From Trichoplax adhaerens (lineage: Eukaryota > Animalia > Placozoa), in contig NW_002060945.1 in assembly GCF_000150275.1 (NCBI RefSeq), forward strand, positions 5,195,397-5,259,396: a stretch of DNA of 64,000 nucleotides, read 5' to 3'. Position numbers and translations under genes: made by a program. Positions 34,016-48,141 of the stretch are shown here, piece by piece. Positions within the stretch are counted from its first letter, which is position 1; each line of letters starts with the position of its first letter. The notes below the pieces were generated by a model. The model was not told the origin of the DNA. It searched no databases and saw nothing but the letters and a program-made list of their open reading frames with translations.

Positions 34016-37000
34016 TGTATACTCGTATAGCTAGCTATCTATGTACAAAATGTAATATTGATTGATAATAAAATCGAAAATCTATCTGCTTGAGAAGTCT
34101 AAATAAGCTTAAACTTATTACCGCTGCATTGCTGCTTTAATTAATACATGTAAATAGTAAATTTTTACAAAATTTTTACATATGTTTCTACAACTACAGA
34201 TGCACGACACGGGTCGTAACTCAAAGACAGCAATCGAGATTAAATCAGAGAAACAAAAGAAATCTGAGTTATTATCCAAAATTGATCAATTAGAAATTAA
34301 GTAAGACAGCTAGTCCTGAACAATTAGTATAGAACGTTGAGGACGTTCCTGCTACTCATAACGTGTTGTAAACAGCTTTTCAGTTGTTTGAGTACATCTA
34401 ACAAGCGATGATTCTGGTAATAGGGCAACGGTCCTTTCAAAGGAAAGAGCTACTCAACTGTACCATCGTAAAGGGCAATTTCGAGAAGAATTTCAAGTAT
34501 TTGAAGAATTGGATCTCAAATTTGAACATGATCGAAAGATTGAAAGTAGTGCTAAAACTTTTGTAGTAAAACAATTTCAGCCTTACTTAGTGCTATTATA
34601 TTGAAGTACATCTAGTCAGCAACTGATATACATATTTTATTTTAAGGTCTAAATACGATGGTCTGTATGTTTTTTTAGGGAATCAGATTAAACAGCAGTT
34701 GCATAGACTCAGACTGCTAGTTGAGAAATTTCAAAACAACTTAATGGAGATAAAACCGTCTCCAGCTTGTGAGTAAATATTGCATATACTTTTAAAAGTA
34801 CACATAATCTGAATTAAATGCTCAACGATAAAAATACAGATATTAAAATTGCTTTTACATTATTCATTCATGTTCAAACGTAAATCCTGGATTCATGTAC
34901 TGTGCATTGTGCATGTTCTAACCATATGTAAATTTAGTTATTGAAAAATTGCGAGAATCAATGGAAGAGATTGAAAACGCTATAAACAATTTTAAAGCAA
35001 AACAACGTGATAGGTAGGCTTTAGTAGATACCATTACAGTATTTAGCTCTCGTTGTAGCAGTTTCTTTATTAGTAAGTAGTATATTAAAAAGATATTGTT
35101 GCAATTAATTTCTGCTGGCGATACTGTACGTATAAAGATATACGTATATACGCGTACTGCATATTTTCTGTGTGTACGCCAATATTGCAGTCAAAATAGT
35201 CTTACATCATTTTCATAAGGTTTACACCGGTTCTTTACTACGTCGATCATTCTTCTGTAAATGATTTCATGATACAATTTGTGCAAGTAATGATGTTGTT
35301 TCTATTTGATGTAAAGTACATCACTAGAAATAAACATTATCAATATTTGGTACAATTAGTAAGATATCACAAACTTTTGCTGGGATAGCTATGAAGAGTT
35401 ACTGAAAGAAGAAAAAATAACTGCCAATGAAATCTTAGCGATAGAAAATAAAATTGACTCTTGGGCAAAAGGTCCCATGTTGCCAACTATCGGCAACGGA
35501 AGTACAAGCAAAGTCGTTACATCAAATGAAGCTTCGGTTCCAGAAGAGATTTCAACATTTGAGGTAGCAATTATATAAAATTCTCAATGATTATAATATT
35601 ATATACTATAAAAGTTAATATTTTATAAGAGCTGCTTTTAAATCGTGACGAAATTAACTTCTTTAACTTCTTAGAAATTTCTGGTACGAAATGGCGGACA
35701 TCGCGGAGGCTGGGACGAATATGATCACAGTATTTTTATCAGATTAAGGAAGAAATTTAAGGTAATTCAATATTCGATCTTTCTTCTAGTCAATAAACTT
35801 AAAAGGTTAAGGTTAAGACCTTATTTTAATCACAAACTATTCGTAAAGTCCAGATCTCTTCAGTAATGATAATGATTTTAAAATGAACGAAATGCATCTA
35901 ATTTAGTTGATTATCCAAGTTCCTACTAAGACATACATTATATGTTCTGTGTTAATGCAAGAAAATCAGAAAAATAATTTTTCCCGATTTAATAACTCAC
36001 TGAATGTCAAAATGCGCTAATTTTATTAACAATTTATTAAGGTTCACCAAGAATTTCTAGAAGAAGCATTGAGTCAAATTCCTGGTAAATCGATGGAAGA
36101 AATACAACATCATGAACAGTGGTATAGTGAATATGCTAAACTTTTAGAAAATAAGAAAATTGCTATTGAGAAATGGAAAAAAGCCAAGGATGTTAGCATC
36201 GACTATAACAATCATTTATAGGAGAAAAATTGTTTAACATGTTATTTTATACTGGTAGGAAGAAAAAATCGAAATAACAACAAAAATTGATATGGAGACA
36301 AAATCTTTAGCCGAGAAAGAAAAAGCTAAACAAACAGCACTAGCTAAGAAACTACAAGAAGAGAAGCAAGAACGTTCGGAAAAGCTTCGTAATTGGAAAG
36401 TAAAAATTACAACATGATGTTTTAAGTTGCGGAAATATGATTTTACTTTATCAGTAACAGAAGCCATCCATTTAAACCTGTGCAGCATGAAGATACGAAC
36501 TACTAATATCTTTTGTATTATGAAATAGGTGAAGAAAGACCTTGAAAAAGCCCTGGAAGAAGAGAGAAAAGCTAAAGAAAATATGGAAAAGATGGAAGAA
36601 CACAGGAAAGAAAGGAAAAAACAGGTCTTTGCATTGAATTAAATTAAATGACTATTTTAGATCGATTTTTAGATGACAATACCCATTCCAATGCAACCTA
36701 ATTCTAAATTTTATACCTTGTAATTCTGTAGCTACAAGCTAAGGAGCAAGTTAGAAAAATGCGGCAGCAACGTGAAGCAGAAAAAATGGAAATTCGGTTA
36801 CTCGAAGAAGCAATGCGATCTAAGGAAAAAGAAAGTCGCAAACTAACTGAAGACGATATTGAAAGAATTCGAGATAGGGTGTGATCTGAACTTAGTAGAT
36901 CAATAATTCATATAAGTTTTTATTGATATAGATGTATTGAATTCATTTATTGATTGGATAGGATCAAAAAATTTTAGAGATCCGCCAACATCGGCTGAAA

Positions 37001-37668
37001 ACGAAAGAGCTTGATGAAATAGAAAAAATTAAAAGGTTGAATAAGATTAAAAGCCAGGTAAATAGCTGCTAACTTAAAAGATCATTACTCATTTATTCTA
37101 ATTACACCCATCTTTCATTTTTCATATGACTACTGGATGAGACAGGTCAGCTGCATTTTATTTCTAATTGTGGCAAATTTATCACTATTGTTTTGATTTT
37201 GAAATTTGCTAATAAAAACTTTAGATCAAATTGTGAAACTTTATAATCATGTGACTATAGCAATAAATGCATATTTAAGATATATAATAGTAGGACAATG
37301 ACAATATTATAAAACTGAATTAGTATTTATAAAGATCCATCACTTAACTGAGAATCTGAGGATAACAAGTTGACTTTATGACCTGAAATTATCCTAACAT
37401 TACTTTCTTATTTTGACGTATTCTTAGGTCGACGTCCACGCAACTAGAGACCCGAAGCGACTCTTTAAGCTAACGAGTGCTTTGCATCACCGATTGGTCG
37501 ATAAAGAAGTTCATACTACCGGAGGAAATCAAGCAATACCACATAGGTACTGATTCAGTGATCTTGAATTCACAAATGTTTTTTATTATGGTATAGCTAA
37601 TTAAAAATTTCGCCAAAAATTAATCTTCTATTAGAGCTATTCCTTCTTGGCGTAGTGGAATTAACTGA
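33765..37668 (+). CDS. CCDC112: Coiled-coil domain-containing protein 112 (14 exons)
   Basis: Exons 33765-33785, 34200-34300, 34424-34545, 34679-34768, 34938-35013, 35389-35563, 35675-35761, 36042-36191, 36259-36399, 36529-36624, 36732-36878, 36962-37057, 37428-37547, 37635-37668. Motifs FIEKLRESMEEIENAINNFK, YEELLKEEK, GGHRGGWDEYDH, PGKSMEEIQHHEQWY, RDPKRLFK and C-terminal IPHRAIPSWR. The first exon is the least certain. Absent from the ORF track. Confidence 0.88.
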
Positions 37669-39761
37669 CGAAAAAAATATTGTGAATAATTAACTCGTCT
37701 AGAACATTCCCCATTCTATTCTTGTACTATTTTACAATATTTGGCTGTATTTCAAATTATCACATCTATTCTATAGCATAACAACTCAATCTTTAAATTT
37801 TATCATACAGTGTAAGAATCTAAAGGCTTCATAAAGATGTCTTGCAATCAACAATAGTTTCTATAGACCTGTTCCAATAAGATTCTACAACTACTAAATT
37901 AAATTTTTTATTACTTCTTGTAGTGAATAAATGAAACATTAAGCCATAATTTATGATTAAAATTCTACAATGTTTAACCTACCGAGAAAATAAAGCTAAC
38001 ACACCGTTCCTATTCAAAAATGCTATCATTTTATTTTTTATCTAAAATCGACGTTTGATCGGTACGGAATAAGTCTACACTATTCATATAAATTAGTCTT
38101 TTCTTGTGGAGTTTAAAATGATGTTGCTTATCTTCTCATACTATGAAGGAGATAGTTAGTGGCGAGATGCCGTGGCAAAGGACCATCAAAACGATAGCAA
38201 ATTTTTGATATTTATATTCGAGAGCCAAACACTTAGCTACTGTACTATCTGAGTCAATATTCTGTTCACAATTGTATATTTTTGGATACCGCAGCTTACA
38301 TTTTACTATTAGTGACGTTATTCAGCTCAATTAAGTAAAAGGCTAGTGATAAGATCATACCATGTTATACGATTTTCTACCAAATACCAGGAAACGACTT
38401 AATCGTGGGCATGAGAATTAAAGCTTTTGATTTAATTTTGAGTTCTATAAGGTACTACCCGAATCTAATCCACTGACTGTGAAAGGTACTGTAACTACGG
38501 TAGAAGTATTCGATCTTCTGTAAAAATATCAAAATATGATTCTATATCTTGCAGCTTTTTATCAGCCTACAGGTTGATAAATTCATTTATTGATGTCCTT
38601 AGTAGGAAATATTTTAATTTAGTATATATACTGTTATTACAGGCATTAGTTTCAGTTGTTTATTTTAACAGATTAACGAAATGGAATACGTTACAAGCTT
38701 ACTGTATAATCTGACTATAGAGTTTCTGACAATACAAATAAGGATTACGACTCATGATCAGACTGAATTGAGTCGTTACAATTGATCTTAATTCTTCATT
38801 CTACTTAGAAAGATGACTGACTTCTTCGTAAATGATTTAGTATCTTATTAATTAAATTAATCCCTTCTGTTTACTTTACTTTTATTGGCATTGTTCATCA
38901 ATACCAATTATCTGCTTTATGTACGTAAGATGATATGAGTTTATTAATATGGAAATATGAATGTAAGATTGGTTGCATCAGAAGGATACTATATTTGTTT
39001 ACCTTCAGTTGCAAAGCAAGAATATCGGAGCTATTCTTAAAATAACGTATATAATTTTATTTTCAAAAAAAGTCAATGGGTGGTAAATTTGCTACTACGT
39101 ACAGAATTATATATAATTTACCGCCATGATCGTACCATATTAAAGATGTAATACCAAATCATAACTCAAAAAAATCAGTCATGTAAGCTAATTTGACATT
39201 TAAAGCGGCGTAACTTGCTTCCTAAATGGTAGTCTTTATACGATATGATTTTCTGGAGTGTTTATATGAAACAGTTATTGATGCATTTGAAGCATAAACG
39301 ATACGGTGCGATACAAATTTGTACTATGGTAGCTTACAGTCAAAATTAATAATAAATATATAATACAGTAGATTTATTAAAAGTTGCATATCATTGGTAT
39401 TCCACGTCTAATAAATGTCGTGATAAACACCGGTTCTAATAAATAATTTACATCTTTGCTTGGTAATATATTTGTATGTTTGAGAGATTAAGAGTATTAA
39501 AATGCAATTGCAAGTAGTATAAGTGAAACAAAAGCTCCTTATGAATAATTATATTGCATAAAATCTTAGGGTATTCATTGGTCCAGTAGAGTTTTGTTAA
39601 GGTGTTTCTGAAGTTAGAGATAATTGGTACCGTAATTAAGCTGTAGTGACGTTCAAAGCTAAGATAAAGCTATATGATAATTAGGTATTTAAATTAAATC
39701 CTATAATAGTACAGTACCGAGACAAAAATTCCTAAATGAGCACGGTTCAGCGTCGTTAGCA

Positions 39762-42700
39762 TCAATGTAGTTTTCCATCTGAAAGCAGCCAGTTATCTGA
39801 AAGATAAGTATAAAGTTAAAAACTGAACTGAATTATTAAAAGGTAAAAAATAAACTCTCGTTATATTACCTTCCTGTTCATTCATTGCTACATCATCAAG
39901 TTTGAGGTCAAACTTCGGAAAGGCCGAATCTCCCTTTTTAATATCTGCTAAACGACTACCAAATACGTTAGCAGGTTTCCTTGCTGAAACCTCTGGTATT
40001 TCGATCAATTCAGGTAAGCCGGGAGAACCACATTCACTTCCACTATAAATATCGCTGTTCGATAAATTTATATCAAATGAGATAATATCTCCTGTAGTAT
40101 AATGCTCTTTACTCAGCTCAATTCCAGTATTTTGTTTTGCATCATCAAGGTCTGATGGAGTAGTTTTATCCAAATATTCAATATGAAGATCATCGAAATT
40201 ATTTTCTTCATCTACTTCTCTTTGCAGGTCCTTATACTCATTACTTATATCGGATTCTGCTGGTTTGTAGTCTTTTGTGTCATATTGGTCTTCATCGCAA
40301 TCAAGCTCGCTTTCATTGTCTTTTTCCTCAGCTGCATAGTTATCTTTAATAACGGAAAGTTTATCCGAAGAATTGGAAGATGAATAAGTATTGAGGTCGT
40401 GTAATGCGGCTTGGATCGCTTGCGAAACTTCTACGTCGATCTCACTCTTACCGGTTGACTTTATATTGTTTATATTGTCGTTATTTTCGTCATGTTTGTC
40501 TAAAGAATTGGAAGGCTGAAGTGGTGATTCAATGATGTGATCATTATCACTTGAGTTATTCGATAAGGAAGTAATTTGGCTATCTAAATAGTCCGCATTG
40601 GCAACTATCTCACTCGTGGTTTCTGCCTTATTAACTCTGAACTTCCTTAGTTGTTCACTTAAATTATTCCAATTTTCAGAGCTTAGCATAGGATTGTCAG
40701 TATTTTCGCTTGTTGCATTAGATTCTAATAGCGTTAAAAATGATATACGACCTTGTGCACCATCGTCGGATGGGTTGGTTTTGCTGTGATCAGCAGAAAT
40801 CACCGTCTTATCTTCTTTAAGGTCATATAAATTGCCATCACCTGTTTCTGTTAATAATAGGGTTGAGAAGATTAAACAGAAAAAAAAGCTATTAATAAAA
40901 TCTAGATTTTAATGATGGTATACGCAATAAAAGTATAAGCAGCTGTGAAAAAAATAAATCGAATACCTTCAGTCCTCTTTTCGGTCTTCGCAGTCTTATT
41001 TCAGAAGATAGGATACGATACTTAGTTGATATTACTTTAAAGTTAGACAAGAAATTTGTCATTAAAACATTTAATTACCTTGAGTTTAAGGCCAAGTGAT
41101 CTTTCTAGGCTCGGAGTCGTAACAAGTTTGTCATCCGTTACAGTAGATGCTATCTAAAGGTCGTTTATAGACTCAGTTCCGTTACATACTTTAGTATATT
41201 ACGTCATTATTAGTTCTTGAAACCTGAATTACCTTCGAAGCTAGGTCATCATAGGTTTCCAATGTATTAGGTTTATTACTATGAGAATTTTTCGTCTTCT
41301 TAATCTGCTAAAATATTATGATAAATTAAAATTTAGCAGCTTAGATATTTGTTTACATATAATTATATTATCAATAAATTTCGGACTATATTAAATCGTC
41401 TACCTTGGGAATTCCGCTTTTACCATTATTAGGATGCAGAATATTTGTTTTATTGCTACTTTTGGGGTTATTTCTATCTACTGTTTCAAAAAGTAAGCTT
41501 TCTATCATGATTTTATTTACTATTTGCTATTATGATAAGAATTAGAAACTATATCTTGTTCATGTGGATGTAACATATACCTTTGTTATCAATAGAGTAG
41601 TTCGAATTTTTTGTAGCTGTGTTCTTTTCTTCAATAATAGGTATGTCTTTCTTCGTGTTTGCTATATCAAATTTTATGAATGTTCTAAATTGATTTGATT
41701 GGTAATATAGGCACTTATGTGTTTAGGTATGTAACATACAGAGTGATTAGAATTTTCGCTCACAGTCATGAAGTGACTTAATTATATTGACGATGTTAAC
41801 CTTACCATTATGATCAACCTTCATCTTGTGACTCAAAGTTCGAATAACGTACGGAGTCGACTCTAAGATTTTATAATAAGATGGTATTTTGGATTCAATG
41901 TTGAAATGGTACGATCAGATACTCGAATGGTATGTTACCTTGTTCTTTTGCGGCATGAATCTTGGCTAAAGGTTTGGCTTGTGAATTAGAGAACGATACA
42001 GCAGGCGATGGAGGAATCAAGCCTAAGGTCATCTGTAAAATGTAAGCACTTACTTTAGTGATGATGTCTTAGCTATAAATTTCGTCTATGGTTGAAAGTT
42101 ATGTCTAACATTAGTTTTTTTTGGTGTAATGTAATTTCCAGGGACTCTACCAACATCGGTTTCATTGCTAGTAATGCGGGAACCAGCTACATTTATCGAA
42201 GTTTTAACTTCAGGTATGACACCAGAAGTCAGTAGGGATCTATTGCGTATATATAATTCAAAATTTGGAGTTGTTTACCTTATTTGCTGATACTGAATAA
42301 GTTGATTAGTTTGTAGTATAAAACTATTATACTGCAGAGGTATCATAATGAAGATTGTACGCACCTTAGTTCTTTGCTATTTCTTAAAATTTGCTGATGT
42401 CTATGATTGAGGTTCATAGCAATCTTCGAAAGTTTTTCCAGATCAGGGAATTTTTCTAATTGATTAAAATCAGATTTAGCTATAGTACCTTAGAGATTAA
42501 GCATAAGCAGGATAACGCAATTGCAGAAATTACAGTATACCCTGTGATAGGTCTTCCTTCAGAAAATGAAGCGATAAATTCCAGAGGTACACCAAACTAA
42601 TCATCAAATATTAACGATCAGGTGCGGGATTCATTATGAGTATAGTGTTTCTTTAATAATGAGGTATGTATGCAATAATTCCTTAGCATTGAATATGATC

Positions 42701-43816
42701 ACCTAAGAAGGTTGACTTTGCCACCTTCCAAAGTATTTCCGGTGTCGCTCTGTTAAATATGTGAAATGTGACGATTAAAGTGGTGTAGCTTATTAACTGA
42801 AGGTAAGTAACTTAAATCAACCGCAAATAATTTAACGTCAAATGAAAAAATCTTCTCTTACGGATTGAATATCCTTCCTATATTTTCGCAAAAGCATATC
42901 CGGAATCTACGTAGATGTTTATATATGTCCTCAATTACGAGAATAATACAAGTTAACGAGTACATTGTATAATAACTATTAGGGTATTTTATAATTTACT
43001 TTTAGGGGGATGTCATTCCCATTTAATTCCTTTTGTCGCAAATTTCCTTCTACTGCAGCGTTGACAACCTCACGCTGTTATAATGATAAAAGACTTAATC
43101 AAATTAGCTGAAAAAATTACGGTATTACTTCTGTAGACGAACCTGAGATTGTAGACCAGAATAGAAATTATTCATGCGAGTCCATAAATCTCTAACCTTT
43201 AGGTTAAATATGAATATATATATTTAATTCCAAAACCAGAGCCGAGATGGGTATAAGGAGATCGCATAGTGAATTTATAATCAGGAATAGCAAGAGAATG
43301 TGACCTTATGTAAACTTTCAGTACGCAATATTGCAGTGGTATCTTGGTCATATTTACGATTTTCATGAAATGGGCTACTGGATTTCCTAATTACGAGTTT
43401 ATTAAACGGGGCAATTAAATTATTATATGAAGTATCTTAAGCTTCCTAGTACAGACCCTTTTTTATTCTTGATAAGCGAGTTAATTGCACTAATTTCTTT
43501 TTCTATTTCACGGATAGTTTTATTAGTTTTGCGATATTTTTTAGTCAAGGTCCTACCAACATGTAACAGATTTGACAAGTTAGCATTTGGTAAAAAGGTT
43601 CGTTTAAAAACATTGTAAGGAAGGATGCAAAATGGTCACTTAATCTATCTAGCATAGGACTCGACACTTACAAAGCAAACTCTTTCCATTTATTTTGCAT
43701 TTCAACCGTTTCCGAGCTTAATTCGCAAAATCTGTAAGTGGTAGGGCATTAGTGCCATGCAATAGGCAAGTGAATTTATAATATTTTGTAGGTATTGTAT
43801 TCAACATGGACATTGT

Positions 43817-43848
<32 letters not shown>

Positions 43849-45769
43849 GACATACTTATCTTTATAACGAATCTGCTGAGCAAGTAAGATATTTTTCATG
43901 GAATTAGCCAACGCAGCTTTTTCAGGGTTAATTTTAGGTAACTGCGGCAATCCGAGAGACTTTCCTGTAAGCAGAGTAAGTAAGTTTGATTTACTGCATA
44001 TCTTTTCTTTTATTGATGGTCCGATTGCATGAGGTTTAATTAGAATAGTAGGATTAATGTGTTGTTTAATAGTCATACACATAGTTATAATTTAGCAATT
44101 ACAATAATTTATTCATACCGAATTTGTTAGCCATAAGTTTCCTCATAACCAATAGCGAAAAACGATTTAGGAAAGAGTAAAAGCGATCACCTGACATTAT
44201 GATCACAAGATTAGTTAGAGTAACAGTAGATAAGCCACACTTTATATTTATTTATCGAATTATAGCATGCTACTGTATCATAGAAATTAAGAAATTGAAT
44301 AGGCTTTCATTACCACGAAGTCCTAATTGACATTTAATTGATATGGTAGTAGAAATTGATAGCGGATGCTACATACTCCATATTTCTACCATATATCATA
44401 CCTGTCGGATTTAGTAATGCAGATGCCATAATACGAGGAAGATTAGCATTGGGCTCTTTCTATATATGAAATTAAAAATAATCTTATTATTAGAATACAA
44501 TCCTGTAGAAGTTTATGAAAACGGTTTGTTACAGCTTAAATTCTTAAGCATTTAAAGCAAGAGCGATGGTGGACGTGTTATTATTTAAATTCTGAAACAT
44601 TTAAAGCAAGAGCCATGGTGGACCTGTTATTAGGATGTTATCAGCAAACGTTGGGATAAAGTTATGCACTCTTTTAAATTGTAAATTTGTGACACGCTGC
44701 TCAAACTGTAGGGACGATGTAGCAATCCTATATTTCATTACGTTATGTGACGTGATGAGTAAAATGAATCAACGTGGAAATACAGCTTGAAAATTTTTCT
44801 ATCAAGAAAAAAACCAGTGACTATCGTAAACATTGTTAAAACAACATGTACTCGTATCATGTCGATGCAAGACATTATACTTCTGTTTAAGTCATTGAAG
44901 TTTGTGTTGCTTGTAAGCTTGCTAAATATTACCTCAGCAATTTCAGATAAAAGTCGAACGCAAGTTTTTCGAAATTGCTGTTCTCGCTGTTTATCTATTA
45001 CAGGCCAGCAGTCCCTAATGTAATAATGCAATGGAGTGGATACCAAATGTTCAAAATATTACTGAAAGCAAGAATTTACTATACAGCTCTATTTTTTTAA
45101 TTTCGCTTACGTAATACCTGAAAGCAATTTCAGTCATAGCATGATCATAATTTTCGAACAAGAAATATAGGACGACTTCCATGGCTTTTTTGTTGGGTAG
45201 AGTAAACATATCCCTAAAATGATGTCAGTACATAAGAATATGAAGGTTAATTTATTTGTTGGACAGTGATCATATACTCTCCTACATGTACGAGTAGTTG
45301 TAGTTTTGATTTCTTCACTCTAGACAGTGATTGCAATTTGTTATCAAGTCTAAACGTGGCGATGATGAAGCCTTTATAACTCGTATAGTCATTACGCTAA
45401 TCCATTGCAATGATTATGTCAGTATGTAAGGATAAATTCTAGACTGTACAAGTGGAAGCCTATAAAGGCTTACAATAAGACGACTATAGTCTACAATACG
45501 TCTGATGGATCAGAGTAGCAATAAGCTATGTATCAAGATGAATCGTCTTGGAACGAGTATGATGGACTACGTTGCTCCAGTCTACAGTAGGTAAAGCAAC
45601 TACAGTAGTTATCAATACAGCTTATTCTATAAAATGATGAACTTGGATCATACTTATTGAATGGTGTTTTATACTTGAGCTCCATTTGACTTGGTTGAAA
45701 ACCGATTAGTAATAGATTTTCATAAAATATCTGCCTAATTTCTAATGGATCGTAGCGCTTTGAATCCAT
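39762..45769 (-). CDS. HAUS6: Augmin/HAUS complex subunit 6 (many small exons plus a ~1 kb acidic low-complexity exon)
   Basis: 5' exons 45654-45769, 45118-45213, 44933-45014, 44402-44459, 44119-44190, 43856-43964, 43672-43731 give LLLIGF...MFTLPNKKAMEVVLYFLF...FRDCWPVIDKQREQQFRK...LPRIMASALLNPTGDRF, the HAUS6 N-terminal domain. Middle exons (41.0-43.6 kb) not fully resolved; large exon ~39870-40848; stop at 39762-39764 if the last intron is spliced (39793 if not). Confidence 0.85.
43822..43847. repeat. (TA)13 microsatellite
   Basis: Direct reading, HAUS6 intron. Confidence 0.9.
44536..44632. repeat. Tandem duplication, 49-bp period, two copies
   Basis: ttaaattct(t/g)aa(g/a)catttaaagcaagagc(g/c)atggtggac(g/c)tgttatta at 44536 and 44585; 4 mismatches in 48 nt. 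Confidence 0.9.
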
Positions 45770-46014
45770 TGGTAAGCCAATTTAGGATATCGCGAGAGGT
45801 CTTGGCATCAAAAATGAACTAATTTAACAGATCAATCTTGTAATTTGCAAGTATGTCCAGAGTGTATACGATAGACTGGACGTCTACAAAGCTGTCCAAG
45901 TAGATTTAATTCGAATGACTACTTGAAGAACTGATTTATCTAGCAATAAACTGCTCAGCTAGTCAAAGTAGAATGGATCCACTTTCAAGGCAGACACGAT
46001 AGCTTCAATATTCC

Positions 46015-46635
46015 ACTGGTGTACTGTAGCGTAGAGTGCTCTTTCCGTAGTGAGTGCACTGTAGTAGGGTACAATAATACTGTACACTGTACACTGTACA
46101 CTAAGGAGGTGGTTGGAACTTGTACCGTATCGGGAACGGTACACTCTCAATACGGCACGGTACGGTACGGTACAGTGCTGTCCTGGTTGTTGACACCAAG
46201 TACTGTACTGTACAGTACAGTCATCTAGTGATGATTGCGTAATCCTCTGTACTGTAGCATCAGTTTACACAGTAGTATTTATTACATACTGATCAGCCCG
46301 CCAAATTTTGAAATTTACAGTACTGTACTACTAATGTACTGTACACTGTACAGTACTGTACAGTGTACATTGCGTCAACTGTCAAGAAGACAACGAACTA
46401 CTTGTCTGTACTACCGTCTGACTGTAAGTCTATAATAAATCAACTAGCCTATAGCCAATGACTAGCAGTAGGACGCGGATTGACCCAACCGCTCAGTGTC
46501 GCTTTGGAGCTGAGCCTAAGCTCTTCTTACCTACTGTACTGTGTTCCTGTATGCACGAACACCTGCTAGGCATCCGTAAATATAACTTACTGTATAGGAT
46601 ATACTGGCACAGCAGTACTGTTACTGTACTGTATA
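46015..46635. repeat. TACAG/CTGTA tracts upstream of the HAUS6 start codon
   Basis: Blocks ~46015-46415 and 46530-46635, including TACGG/TACAC variants. Confidence 0.88.
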
Positions 46636-48141
46636 TTGCCATTGGCTCGTTGCTATGCAGTAATTTATGATGATTGATTGGCGACATGAGATTAATAATT
46701 TGGAAAAGTTAGACTAGAAGAATGCATGCATTCAGACATTCACTATGCTGTAGACCTCTATGGTACAATCCTACATCGACATCTGAATGTGTAATTTGAC
46801 CGACAAGAGGAAGCGATTGAGATACTGTTTTAACAGTGCTGTATTTCAATCATTTTGTGATGACTTAAAATAGCGATTGCAATCACTGTAAATGCAGATG
46901 TTAAAGAAGGAAAGAAGTAGTTGGTAACATGAGTAATTTAGTGCTGTTCGAGATGCTCTATCGCAGCTTAATTAGCACGGTACAATTGCACAACACTTGA
47001 AAAGAATCGTAAAATGGTAATGGTGGGTCTGCATAGCTTTAGCACCCACCTTGAACGACCGGCCTTTTACCGTCGCTGACCCTTTTTCACTGTCAGTACT
47101 GTACTGACTAACTACTAGACTACACCTAGATGGAAAACAGATGTCGTAGGCTGTAGTGTCACTTGTAGTATAATACCAAGAAAGGATACGACATCTATTT
47201 TACACATTTTTAGCTGACGTATGCAAAAAAGATGTCCGATATCTTTTTTCACACATTTGTAATCTGATGCTGGAAGACATTGATTTAGGGGTGCGATAGG
47301 ATAAAAAATCTCATCTTTTACACTTAACAGGGCGTAGCAATGAAAAATGAATTCACCCCTCCAACATTCAATAAAATAATGTAGCTCCATTAACAAGAAT
47401 ATTTTGCATAGCACCGACAAGAATGTCCGGCAACCACGTAGTTTACTGTGCTAGACTGGACTAGGCATTTCCCGAGCTCAACTTATGAAGGAGAAGATCA
47501 ACTACTCTTTGTCCTTACAGTCAACTAAAGAGTAATGCGTAGTAAAATATCAAAGGGTATCAACTGTATCCAAATACAACACTTCAGCTTCATTGCATTG
47601 ATGGATATTAGCATGTAAATCTGGTATCCATTTTAGTTATAGTCACAACAGTCCTCTTCATGAGGAGATGATTAATTAATTATACGTACAGTTTGTTTTA
47701 GCAACTCCATCAAAATGATTGAATCGTATCTTTACCCTATTTGTTGCACGTAATTACTGGACCTCTGCAAAGTAAAGTATCTTTATTCCTATCCCATTTA
47801 GTCCTGAATAGGATTGACTATTAATGTATGGCATATAGATATATAAAGAAAAGGAATACGGTCTATAGTATATACAGTACAGTCTACAAGTGTGTAGATA
47901 GGTTACTTTTACTTTGTGCGGTACAACATGTCAATACTGTACAATTACATAATTATGCACATCGTATATCACGCTCAGTTTATTAGCTTATAATATCGTT
48001 GTTGCAGTGATCAGGCAAAGCTGAAAAGGAAAATTATCCTATACTTGTACAGTGTACATGGTATATACTGTATATTTACAAATATAGAGGTCAATAAAAC
48101 GTGAATTTTTCCAACAATAGCATAATATATAATACAGATGA

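Noticed and set aside
34546-34678. Weak CCDC112 donor GTAGTG as a minor intron or frameshift
   Set aside because: No U12 donor or branch consensus; an ordinary GT-AG join keeps the frame and homology.
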